Assembly: GCA_040755455.1 (NCBI GenBank) | Contig: JBFMAY010000014.1 | Location: 1-64,000, forward strand | Origin: Thermodesulfobacteriota bacterium | Lineage (GTDB): Bacteria; Desulfobacterota; Desulfobulbia; Desulfobulbales; SURF-16 | Length of the DNA: 64,000 nt | Direction of reading: 5' to 3' | Shown: piece after piece, positions 30,474 to 39,125 of the stretch | Numbering within the stretch: the stretch's first letter is position 1 | Layout: every line of letters begins with the position of its first letter | Position numbers and translations under genes: made by a program | The notes under the pieces: model-generated | Told to the model about the DNA's origin: nothing | Database searches by the model: none | Seen by the model: the letters and a program-made list of their open reading frames with translations, nothing else

Positions 30474-30994
30474 GTGATTACCAGCCGTTTATCGCGCCCG
30501 ACGTGACAGAGCGCATAGCCGTTTATCCCGGCACCTTTGATCCGATCACCATGGGGCATCTTGATATCATCCAGCGTGCCCTGCATCTGTTTGACAAGGT
30601 GGTCATTGCCGTTGCCGAAAATGTGGCGAAAAAGACCCTGTTTCCGCTGGATGCGAGGCTGGCGATGATACGCGACTGTTTTCCGCCCGATGAGCAGCGG
30701 GTTGAGGTGGCGGCGGTGAAAGGCCTGCTGGTTGATTACGCCTACACCAAAGGGGCCAGGGCCATTGTCCGCGGTCTGCGGGCCGTTTCCGATTTCGACT
30801 ATGAGTTTCAGCTGGCCCTGATGAACCGCCGTATCGAGCGCGAGGTGGAAACGGTTTTTCTCATGACGGGATTCCGCTGGATCTATATCAGTTCCAGCAT
30901 CATTAAAGAGGCGGCCCGGCATGGCGGGGATGTCAGCGGCCTGGTGCCGGACCATGTCTGTGAAAAGCTGCGCCAGTGTTTTCTGGTAAAATGA
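30470..30994 (+). CDS. coaD: Phosphopantetheine adenylyltransferase
   Basis: YPGTFDPITMGH, RGLRAVSDFDYE, ISSS. Confidence 0.96.
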   Translation: MSDYQPFIAPDVTERIAVYPGTFDPITMGHLDIIQRALHLFDKVVIAVAENVAKKTLFPLDARLAMIRDCFPPDEQRVEVAAVKGLLVDYAYTKGARAIVRGLRAVSDFDYEFQLALMNRRIEREVETVFLMTGFRWIYISSSIIKEAARHGGDVSGLVPDHVCEKLRQCFLVK

Positions 30995-31231
30995 TGAAGA
31001 CAACTTGCTGAGTTGTTATAGCGCATGCAAATAAGTTGGGTTATCCGTTTTTTTATGAAGTTTCTTTTTCTAAAGAAACCGGAATTCAGTGGTTGGGAAA
31101 CAAGAAGTAAGGTGAAAAAAATAAGTTATTCCGGCTTCCTCCTTCCGCCTTCCTCCTCTGTGGCGTCCACAGTCGGCCGCCGACCCGTGCCGGCAGCAGT
31201 TGTCCGTGTCGTCAAGGCCAGGGGTTAGCGC

Positions 31232-31642
31232 ATGGCAGAGCAGCGCAGGACTTTTCTGCTCAATGGCTGGGACTGGATTCGGCTTGCCGCCACCGCCGCA
31301 CTCTGTTATCCTCTGTTGCGTTTCGTCAAATTCAAGGTGCCGAAGAAGCCGCGCCTGGTCAAGGTGGAAAAATTGATGAAGATCGGGGATGTGCATCTTG
31401 ACCAGGAATTCGTCCTTTTTCATGATGCATCCGATACCTGGGCGGTTTCCCGTATCTGCACCCACCTCGGCTGCCGGCTTCATTTCAGTGAAAAGGAACA
31501 TCTGCTCATCTGTCCGTGCCACCAGAGCATGTTCACCCCCAGAGGGGTGAGGATTTCCGGACCGGCGAAAAGGAATCTGCCGCTTTTTGCCGTGGAGAAG
31601 ATGAGTGGTGAAAATGTCAAGGGTTATATCGTCTCCCTGTAG
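31232..31642 (+). CDS. Rieske [2Fe-2S] protein
   Basis: RRTFL Tat-like N-terminus, CTHLGC and CPCH boxes, GPA. Confidence 0.92.
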   Translation: MAEQRRTFLLNGWDWIRLAATAALCYPLLRFVKFKVPKKPRLVKVEKLMKIGDVHLDQEFVLFHDASDTWAVSRICTHLGCRLHFSEKEHLLICPCHQSMFTPRGVRISGPAKRNLPLFAVEKMSGENVKGYIVSL

Positions 31643-31657
31643 GGCCGGACTCTGACT

Positions 31658-32488
31658 ATGAAGCGTTTTCTGCTGGAAACAAAATGGGGCGCCATGAGCC
31701 TCGTCGCCCTCTATGTCTCGATTTTGTCAGGCGTCGTCCTTGCCCTGCAGTATGACGAAGCCCACCCGTTCTACTCCGCCACCTCCCTTGATCTGCTCAT
31801 TCCCTTCGGTATTTTCTGGCGCTCCCTGCATTTTTATTCAAGCCAGATTTTTTTCCTGCTCTCCGCCGTCCATCTTGTCGCCGTCCTTTATGGCCCGTCC
31901 GACCGTCTTTCCCTGCAGAAATGGATCTGGCTCATTGCCAGCATGCCGGTGGGGCTGCTGCTGCTGTTCACCGGTTATGTGCTGCGGGGTGACGCCACCG
32001 GTGAGTCCGCCGGGCTGATTGCGGAAAATATCTGTCTGTCCATTCCGGTCATCGGCAGCATGCTCAATTCGCTGCTGTTTGCCATTACCGAGGAGGGGAT
32101 GAAACGGGTCTATGCCAACCATATCATCGGGCTGGTAGTCCTGTGGCTCGTTTTCGCCTGGGATCATCTGCGCCGCTATCGGGTGGCCGTTGAGGAGCAC
32201 GGATGGTTTGTGCTGGGGATTTTCGCTTTTTCCCTCATCTTTCAGGCGCCGATGGAACCCATGCAAATGGGGGTGTTTCATATCTCCGGTCCCTGGTTTT
32301 TTCTCGGCCTGCAGGAACTGCTCCGTTATCTGCAGCCGTTTGTGGCCGGCGTCATGGTTCCGCTGCTGTTTCTGGTCTCCCTGGCCTTTCTGCAGACCAA
32401 CCGGCAGTGGGGCAGGAGGGCCCGGTTGTTTGCCGGCGGCTGGTTGATCCTCTATGGCGGCATCACCCTTGTCGCCCTGGGCAGATGA
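31658..32488 (+). CDS. Short cytochrome b (b/b6-like)
   Basis: SG..LA..Y, RSLH...VH, NH...DH His pairs, PWFF; follows the Rieske gene. Confidence 0.82.
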   Translation: MKRFLLETKWGAMSLVALYVSILSGVVLALQYDEAHPFYSATSLDLLIPFGIFWRSLHFYSSQIFFLLSAVHLVAVLYGPSDRLSLQKWIWLIASMPVGLLLLFTGYVLRGDATGESAGLIAENICLSIPVIGSMLNSLLFAITEEGMKRVYANHIIGLVVLWLVFAWDHLRRYRVAVEEHGWFVLGIFAFSLIFQAPMEPMQMGVFHISGPWFFLGLQELLRYLQPFVAGVMVPLLFLVSLAFLQTNRQWGRRARLFAGGWLILYGGITLVALGR

Positions 32489-32747
32489 ACCGGCGCGTGC
32501 CGCCCGGTAAACTTTCTTTTCCGGGGGCATGATGCAAATCCCGTGAAAAGCCGATGAGAAAAAAAAGAATATACTTTTACCTGACATTGGCAAATAATAA
32601 TAATGATTCGGTAAATGAGCTGCCGGGGCCGGATCGGCCGGCAGTATCCCATAAAATGGTGCCGGCTGCCCGGATGGCGGGGGCGTATTGCCGGTAAAGA
32701 CGGTGAAGTTATCTGCCGCATCCGGTTTGTCAGGAGAGGGTGAATAG

Positions 32748-33863
32748 ATGGGAAGCCTTCTTGAAGCACAGTTTAAGATTGTCAGTGCCAAGGATTGCCC
32801 TTTATACGCGGAAGGGGAAGAGTTCCGTCTGTCCGGGGTTGCCCTGCATCCGCCGGCCGGCAAGCCGGCCTGCCTTTTTTTGGCGCGCGAGATCACGGAG
32901 ATTGTGGTTGAAAGGATGGAGGCTGATTCCACCACGCCAGGCCTCGCGGAGAAAAGAGAAAAAAAGGACAAGAAGGAATTCAACTGCAGCGGCTGCAGCG
33001 GGCTGATCAAGTTCGCCTACGTTGAGGAGAGCAAATTTTACACCCCGCAGATGCGCATGCTGGCGGCGGCGGAAAACCGTGAGCAGTCGCGGAAAATGGG
33101 TTCTCTTTTCAGTATGATGAACACCTTTTCCTTTTTTCAGACCCTGGAAGAGGACAGCCTGAAAGATATCTTTTCCTGCCTTACCATGAAGAACTTCGCG
33201 GCGGAGGAAATGGTTCTGCACCGCGGCCATTCCGGCCGCTATCTCTATTTTATCGTTTCCGGCCGGGTGGCGGTGCTTGATGAGAATAACATCACCATCG
33301 CCTTTCTCGGCCGGGGTGAAATTTTCGGCGAGATGAGCCTGTTCAGCGGTCAACCTGTCTGCGCCTCAATCAAGGCCGTCGAGCCGGTAAAAATCCTGAC
33401 CCTTTCCGGCAAGGATCTGAGCCAGATTCTGATCAGGCATCCTTTCCTGCAGATGGCCTTTACCCGCCTGCTGGTGCAGCGCCTGGCCGAGACCAATATC
33501 AGTCACGCGGAAAAGATGTCCCTGGCCTTCACGGGGCAGCTCATGGAGCTGCCGCCCTCCGAGCTTTTCCAGATGCTCAATGAAAATGTCAAGACCGGCA
33601 TGGTGGAGCTTGATCTCAGCGATGGACCTGCCACGGTCATCTTCAGCGAGGGCGAGGTGGTCAGGTCCCGCTATAAGGGGCTGGAGGGAGCAGAGGCCTT
33701 TTATGCGATCCTCAAGGCGCAGAAAGGGCGTTTCAAGTTCTCCTCGTCCATCTCTCTTGAGGAGATGGGGGCGCCGCCGATTGCCAGTTTCATGAAGCTG
33801 CTGATGGATGGCTTGCGGAAAATCGACGAGGAACACCCCCACGAAGAGGAAGAGGAAACTTGA
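32748..33863 (+). CDS. Cyclic-nucleotide-binding protein with C-terminal DUF4388-like domain
   Basis: LYFIVSGRV...GEIFGEMSL cNMP motif; FTGQLMELPPSELFQML...KTG...LLMDGLRKIDE; Cys-rich N-terminus. Confidence 0.8.
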   Translation: MGSLLEAQFKIVSAKDCPLYAEGEEFRLSGVALHPPAGKPACLFLAREITEIVVERMEADSTTPGLAEKREKKDKKEFNCSGCSGLIKFAYVEESKFYTPQMRMLAAAENREQSRKMGSLFSMMNTFSFFQTLEEDSLKDIFSCLTMKNFAAEEMVLHRGHSGRYLYFIVSGRVAVLDENNITIAFLGRGEIFGEMSLFSGQPVCASIKAVEPVKILTLSGKDLSQILIRHPFLQMAFTRLLVQRLAETNISHAEKMSLAFTGQLMELPPSELFQMLNENVKTGMVELDLSDGPATVIFSEGEVVRSRYKGLEGAEAFYAILKAQKGRFKFSSSISLEEMGAPPIASFMKLLMDGLRKIDEEHPHEEEEET

Positions 33864-33894
33864 CATGTGGGGGGGCTTTACCTCCCCTCTGCTG

Positions 33895-34284
33895 TTAATA
33901 ACCGCCTTTGACCTCGATTTGGCATGGTTTGACCGCAGCGGATTTGGGCAGATGGAGATAGAGAACCCCCTGCTGGAATTCCGCCGTGGTTTTTTCCGCA
34001 TCGATTCCTTTGGGCAGGGTGAACACCCGGCGGTAATCCGTGGAGTCGAATTCCTGTCGCTGGCATGTCCCGGTAAATTTGCCGGTAAAAGTACCCTCTA
34101 TGGTCAGGATATTGTTTTCCAGGTTGATTGACAGATCATCCTTGGCAACACCGGGCAAATCCGCCACCAGCAGTATTTCGTCATCATTGACAAAAATATC
34201 CACATCCGGGGTGCTGCTCTTGCCGGGTTTGAAAACTTCCGCCGCCTGCTGGGCCGGTTTAACCATTTCACGTTCCGTGCTCAT
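33895..34284 (-). CDS. Hsp20 small heat-shock protein
   Basis: PDVDI...DLPGV...YRRVFTLP...GVLYLHLPK. Confidence 0.9.
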   Translation of the reverse strand: MSTEREMVKPAQQAAEVFKPGKSSTPDVDIFVNDDEILLVADLPGVAKDDLSINLENNILTIEGTFTGKFTGTCQRQEFDSTDYRRVFTLPKGIDAEKTTAEFQQGVLYLHLPKSAAVKPCQIEVKGGY

Positions 34285-34297
34285 TGCTCACCTCCTG

Positions 34298-34741
34298 TTA
34301 CGCTGCCTGAACAACAATTTTTTTCGGTTTTGCGGCCTGGGCCTTGACCAGTGTCACCGTCAGCATGCCGTTTTTTAAACTGGCGGAGGTCTTCTCCGTG
34401 TCAATTTCCACCGGCAGAGTGAAGCTGCGCGAAAAGGGCGCCACGTTGCGTTCCTGCCGCAGGATGGCATAACCTTCCGGCGTGTTCTCTTTCCGTTCAC
34501 CTTTAATGGTGAGCAGATTGTTGTGGAGTTTGATATTGATTTCATCTTCGCTTACGCCGGGGAGTTGGCTGTAAACAAGGATATGATCGCCGTCGTCATA
34601 GAAATTGGTCGGCGGCCAGACGCCGCCCTGGGGGAAATTGGCCCGGCCGCTTTCAAAGTCTTCAAAAAGCCTGTTCATCTGGTTTTTGAAGAAATCCATT
34701 GTGCCGAAAATTCTGTCAATGTCGTTGAGTCTTCTGAACAT
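34298..34741 (-). CDS. Hsp20 small heat-shock protein
   Basis: LPGV...GER...FSRSFTLP...NGMLTVTL; GGAGG RBS supports start 34741. Confidence 0.9.
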   Translation of the reverse strand: MFRRLNDIDRIFGTMDFFKNQMNRLFEDFESGRANFPQGGVWPPTNFYDDGDHILVYSQLPGVSEDEINIKLHNNLLTIKGERKENTPEGYAILRQERNVAPFSRSFTLPVEIDTEKTSASLKNGMLTVTLVKAQAAKPKKIVVQAA

Positions 34742-35103
34742 GATTTCTCCTCCCTCTTTCTGGTTAGTGGCTGGAAAATAGCTAAAACCTTTCGTGTGAT
34801 GTGGCTGCATCAGTGATGATAATGGAGTGCAATTGGTAATTTTCTTTTTTATATCAATACGTTAAATTTTGTGTTTAAAAGATAATTGCGCTTGCCTTTA
34901 AAGTCAAGGCAGCCCCATGACAGGCATTGAGGATTTTTTGCGGTTTCACTGCCGCCCTGTTTGGGTGGCAATGTTCTGGGTGGGGAGATCTGCGGCGACA
35001 ACCGGGATATCGAAATTCGCGGATGATCCTCCTGATGGGCCGGGTTGGGGATGGCCGGGAGAAAAACCGGCTATACGGCCGGGTGCGCGGAAAAGCTAAA
35101 GGC

Positions 35104-35298
35104 TTACGCGGGGATCATTTCTTTTTTCTTTATTTCCGCCTTGCGGATAACGGCCAGGAACTTGTCGAGCTTGAAAGGCTTGGCCAGGAAATCAAATCCT
35201 CCTCTGTTGAAGGATTGTTTGGCAGTTTCCATGGTGGCAAAACCGGTAATAACGATGTGTTCCACTTTCTGGACCCCCAGGACATCAGCATTCATCAC
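35104..35298 (-). pseudogene. Truncated response-regulator receiver domain (C-terminal half only)
   Basis: VITGFATMETA...GGFDFLAKPF present; N-terminal acidic pair and phospho-Asp absent. Confidence 0.6.
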
Positions 35299-35588
35299 CT
35301 CGACAATTCGTCTGGCGATTGCGGTCGTATTTTCCTGCTTTTGGCATTAACCAGCCGTCCCATGAAGGTGCGCACCTTCCTTTCGAAGCTCCCAAAAGTC
35401 AAGGTGATGCCGCCGGGGTCTTCACCGGGAATGGTACCGATTTCGGCCTGAAAATTATAGCGGGAAAAGAGATTGTTGAGATTAAAGGTGCCGACTCGGA
35501 CCATGGGTAGCCTCCTGCTGGAAAGCTGGTGGATTACTTTTTTCAGTTGTGACGATTTTATCAATTCTGCAAGATTCTTCATAATCAT
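35295..35588 (-). CDS. Hypothetical protein
   Basis: 97-aa ORF in the same orientation as neighbours; no motif recognised. Confidence 0.35.
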   Translation of the reverse strand: MIMKNLAELIKSSQLKKVIHQLSSRRLPMVRVGTFNLNNLFSRYNFQAEIGTIPGEDPGGITLTFGSFERKVRTFMGRLVNAKSRKIRPQSPDELSR

Positions 35589-35627
35589 CGCAGATTATCC
35601 GTGCTGTCAAGCCTGGTATGCATCCGC

Positions 35628-36500
35628 CTAGTCCGGCAGGCTGGTAATCCGGAAGCGTTGCAGATCCGCCATTCCATGCCACTGCGGCAACCGTGGGGTC
35701 GGTCCGTCAATCCGCACCAGCGGAGGCTCGCGATCCGCCAGTCCGTTGATCTTGGCCCACAAGGTGATGTCGCCCCAATATTGCGGAGGCGTGTCAGCGG
35801 CTGCCACGGCGGAGAAGATCTCGGCCGGGGTCGCGCAGCCTCCACGGATCGCCTGCAGGGCCAGGGACTCAAGCCGCCCCAATCCGCTGGCCGGATCGGG
35901 CTGTTCGCAAAGCCATCGTCTCACTGCGGCGGGAATCCAGGGCAGGGGCGCAGCAACGCTGCCTGACATTTCGGCCAGGAGTTGCAGGTCCTGGGTGGCA
36001 AAGGCCCGGTCCGCCACCACAGCGAAGCGAAACTGGTCATCGGTAACCGGACGCCGTTGGTCATACAGGGAAGCGAGTTGGGAGGGCTCAAGCTGGCCCA
36101 GTCCGTTGAACGGCGCGATGCCGGGATAGGCGTCCACACAGAGAAGTTCAACTTGCCGGATACCCTGGTACAGCATACAGGCAAGAATGTGGACGAGCAT
36201 GGACTGATCAAACAGGCAGGGGTCAAACCACAGGACAATCCGTTCATATTCTGCGGCGGTGGCGATCCTGCGGTACTGGCTTATTAACGTGTTCAGCACA
36301 TGATCCCTGTCCAGCCCTCCGCCGGTTGCCTGTTCAAGAAACCAGGCCCGGGCAATAAGGGTATCATCCGTTGGCCAGCCGGGATTCCGGGGGCCATCGT
36401 AGAGGATGTCGTGCCAGACAAAAACCTCTCCATTCAGGCCGGATTTGGCGAGATTACTGCCGGCGAGATCGCCGCTGGTGATATGGAGGGTGGTGGTCAT
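35628..36500 (-). CDS. DUF1835-like protein
   Basis: LHITSGD, W.D.L.DGP, IVLWFD.CLFDQ, GL..LE, WGD. Confidence 0.75.
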   Translation of the reverse strand: MTTTLHITSGDLAGSNLAKSGLNGEVFVWHDILYDGPRNPGWPTDDTLIARAWFLEQATGGGLDRDHVLNTLISQYRRIATAAEYERIVLWFDPCLFDQSMLVHILACMLYQGIRQVELLCVDAYPGIAPFNGLGQLEPSQLASLYDQRRPVTDDQFRFAVVADRAFATQDLQLLAEMSGSVAAPLPWIPAAVRRWLCEQPDPASGLGRLESLALQAIRGGCATPAEIFSAVAAADTPPQYWGDITLWAKINGLADREPPLVRIDGPTPRLPQWHGMADLQRFRITSLPD

Positions 36501-36693
36501 GAATGTATTTTACCTTGCAGAGAGAGCTGATCATCATTTTGGCTTTATGGGCAGCAATTAACAAGGGGGCAGAACCATTTCCCTTGCTTTCTTTGATTGT
36601 TTTTCGATGCCCCCGTATTGTGGTTGATTGATACGAAAAAAATGACCAAGTTGAGTCAACAGTTAACGTGACTCTATTTTGAACCCATTTCGC

Positions 36694-36891
36694 TCACATC
36701 TGTTTTAAATTGATTTCGTTATGGAACTCGCCTTCCACCTCTTTCACGACCGCCTGGCCCGCGATGACATTTTTTCCGTCAAAGGTCAGGGTCGGATTGC
36801 CGTACAGCGTCCAGCCGTTGTTGAGCTTGGCGCATACTCTTTTGCAGAATGTTTCATCATCGGGTCCGGTAAGGTAGGAGTATAATTTCAT
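36694..36891 (-). CDS. DUF1737-like small protein
   Basis: LTGPDD..FC.RV...L..GW.LYGNP...GQAVVK. Confidence 0.75.
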   Translation of the reverse strand: MKLYSYLTGPDDETFCKRVCAKLNNGWTLYGNPTLTFDGKNVIAGQAVVKEVEGEFHNEINLKQM

Positions 36892-36931
36892 TGTTCACCT
36901 CTTGCGTAATTAAATATTCCTTCTGTTGTCG

Positions 36932-37161
36932 ACAACTGCGCGGGTTCGAGCGCGGAAGTGGTCTGGCCCTGCCGGGCGGTAGTGTTTACGCCGACCGTCG
37001 TGGAGGGGGTTCACCTTCTGCCTCCTGCCGATTTCTGGCGGAGCAGGCAATATTCCGTTGTGCGGACTTGGCGGCCAGACCGGGATGCCTTTCGATTTCT
37101 GCTGAGGCTTGCTGGATTGAACGTCCGGCATGGGCGTCAAGTCACCTTGAAGCGCAACTGT
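36932..37161 (+). ncRNA. Candidate structured RNA or MITE-like element (unassigned)
   Basis: Nested helices in an intergenic region; strand inferred from G-U wobbles. Confidence 0.3.
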
Positions 37162-37236
37162 AATAGGGGTATTCCTAGCATAACTGCCATGCCGCAGGCA
37201 AGGGTGTTGGCATATTTATTTTAAAAAAATGGGCGG

Positions 37237-37527
37237 TTATTGCACGCCGTCAATGGCCAGGATTTCGCCTTCGGCTGCACCTTCACGGAGTTTTCTGACC
37301 TGCTGGTATTCGGGCGAGTTATAGAATTTCTTGGCCTGCTCCATGCTGGGAAATTCGATCAAGACAACTCGGCGTTTTTCCTCGGGACCTTCCAGGGTCA
37401 CCGTTTCTCCGCCGCGGGCAATATGTCTGCCCCCGAATTTGGCAATGACGGCAGGGGTTGCCTGCAGGTAATGGGTGAATCTGTCCCAGTCGGTGACGTT
37501 CGCCCTCACTATAAGATATGCAGCCAT
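37237..37527 (-). CDS. DUF1330 family protein
   Basis: GG..IARGG...LEG...VLIEFPS...A..FYNSPEYQ...LR. Confidence 0.88.
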   Translation of the reverse strand: MAAYLIVRANVTDWDRFTHYLQATPAVIAKFGGRHIARGGETVTLEGPEEKRRVVLIEFPSMEQAKKFYNSPEYQQVRKLREGAAEGEILAIDGVQ

Positions 37528-37590
37528 ATCGGTAATTCTCCTTATTGCAGATAGCCAAAAAAATAAATTTCAAAGGGCGTGCGGCCGTGT

Positions 37591-37797
37591 TTAATACTTT
37601 TTGCCGGGGCCGTATTTTTTCATGCGCCGCCACAGGGTGGTGAGGGGGATGCCGAGAATCCCGCTGCTCTGTTTGCGGTTGTTGCCGGTGATATCAAGGA
37701 CCCTGGTGATATGCTGTTTCTCCATCGTCTCAAGGGAGAGCAGGTCCTCGCCCTCGGAGGTGGTGAAGGCCAGTTTTCTAAGGTCAGCCGGCCACCT
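37591..37797 (-). pseudogene. C-terminal Fis-type HTH remnant of a sigma54-dependent activator (absent from the ORF track)
   Basis: Open frame PADLRKL...LLSLETMEKQHITRVLDITGNNRKQSSGILGIPLTTLWRRMKKYG; in-frame TAG immediately upstream; no AAA+ domain. Confidence 0.65.
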
Positions 37798-38016
37798 CTA
37801 TTTTCCATGGTTTCTCCCCTGTCCGTGCAAAAATGTCGTAACGGTCAACTTGCAATATGCGTGATATACCATGGGGCGACCGGTTGCCAACAAGAAACTT
37901 TGTGTCGGGGAAATAAGAGATCGGGAAGGATGATCTGCGGGATTTACTGGCCAGGTGGGGCGCTGCGGCGGCGAGGCATCGCTGCCGGCTGGACGGCATT
38001 GCCAGGGCGCTGGCTG

Positions 38017-38451
38017 TTATTTGGCGAATTGGTCAAGCAAATTGCCGTTGCCGAGAAACTGCAGGGTATTGATGTGCTCACCCTGGTCATTGTAAAGGGT
38101 CAAGGCATTGGTGCCGGCCAGGGAAACCTTGCCGCATCTGGTGATATAGCTGTCATTTGCGACCGAGCGGAGAGCCCGGCGCAGACAGAGATTGTCGTTT
38201 TCATCAATATGCCATTTCTCTGTTGCGCGGATGCTGCCGGAGGGATAGAGAATGGTGTATCTGCCGTCCTTGGCAAAGTAAATATGGCTGTTTTGCTGGT
38301 TTTCGCCGCTGTCTGCCATAATGAAGGTTCTGTCGGAGAGAATCTTGGTCAGTTCAGCGGCGGGAAGATACTGTCCCTGGGCGGAAGCGAAGGGAACCTG
38401 TGGCAGAAAGGGAACGAACAGCAGAAAAAGAAACAGGATGGTTTGGTGCAT
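38017..38451 (-). CDS. Exported hypothetical protein
   Basis: Signal peptide, GGAG RBS; DUF995-like spacing (YF..DG...W.I....LC). Confidence 0.6.
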   Translation of the reverse strand: MHQTILFLFLLFVPFLPQVPFASAQGQYLPAAELTKILSDRTFIMADSGENQQNSHIYFAKDGRYTILYPSGSIRATEKWHIDENDNLCLRRALRSVANDSYITRCGKVSLAGTNALTLYNDQGEHINTLQFLGNGNLLDQFAK

Positions 38452-38597
38452 AATGACTCCCCGTGCAAGATGCGTTGCCGGTATGAAAAAAGGTCAAAGG
38501 CGGGCTATTCCCTTACCTGTCAGGATAAACCCGCCCTTGCACGGGTGTCAAGAGAGAATGACGTGAGAGCAGGGTGGGATTATCCTGCCCGGTGCTG

Positions 38598-39041
38598 TCA
38601 GGCGTGCATGGCCTTGCGCCAGCCAGCCTCTTTGAGGCGGTTGATCCTGTTGATGGCCCAGGCGTTGATTTCCCGCAGATATCTTGTGCTGTCCTCGTCT
38701 TTCCTGGCAATGATGCGTTCCCTCTCCCCGGCGATATCCTCTGACTCGCCGGGATACATTTCCCGCCAGGTGGCATAGCCCTGGTCAAAAATAAATTCCG
38801 GACTGATCTCCGCCGCTGACAGGGAAAGTTTGGTCAGGCCATACATCCTGGCCAGGGTCATGTCGTATTCAATAATCCAGCCGTTATCCCGGAGCATGGT
38901 TTCGCCGTTGATGGGGGCGTTGGCCGAGCAAGCCGGGCAGAAAAGCCGGTCCAGCACGTTGGGGCTCATGATGTTGTCACGCAGGTGAAACTGCACCTGT
39001 CTGCTGCCGCATTCACATTTTTTTTTGACTTCAATACACAT
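38598..39041 (-). CDS. Conserved-looking hypothetical protein with CxC and CxxC motifs
   Basis: CECG...CPAC; GAGG RBS before ATG 39041. Confidence 0.65.
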   Translation of the reverse strand: MCIEVKKKCECGSRQVQFHLRDNIMSPNVLDRLFCPACSANAPINGETMLRDNGWIIEYDMTLARMYGLTKLSLSAAEISPEFIFDQGYATWREMYPGESEDIAGERERIIARKDEDSTRYLREINAWAINRINRLKEAGWRKAMHA

Positions 39042-39125
39042 GCTATCCTCCACTATGAATGGTTTGATGATTTTTTGCAAACAATAGCATGCGGGGAGAA
39101 AATAGTAAATAAATAATAACTATTA

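Noticed and set aside
34805..34832. CIRCE element upstream of the hsp20 pair
   Set aside because: Only one half-site-like GAGTGCAA; no matching inverted half at 9-nt spacing
36938..36956. tRNA suggested by GGTTCGA
   Set aside because: No T-stem pairing, cloverleaf or acceptor stem around it
37150..37200. Cobalamin riboswitch suggested by GCAACTGTAA
   Set aside because: Upstream AGGGAA and the B12-box GCCACTG/GGGAAG elements are absent, and no cobalamin-related gene follows on that strand
37579..38778. 399-aa plus-strand ORF and other long antisense ORFs (e.g. 18623-19918, 22060-23550, 48514-50058, 60747-62141)
   Set aside because: Shadow frames opposite well-supported genes in GC-rich DNA; no recognisable motifs
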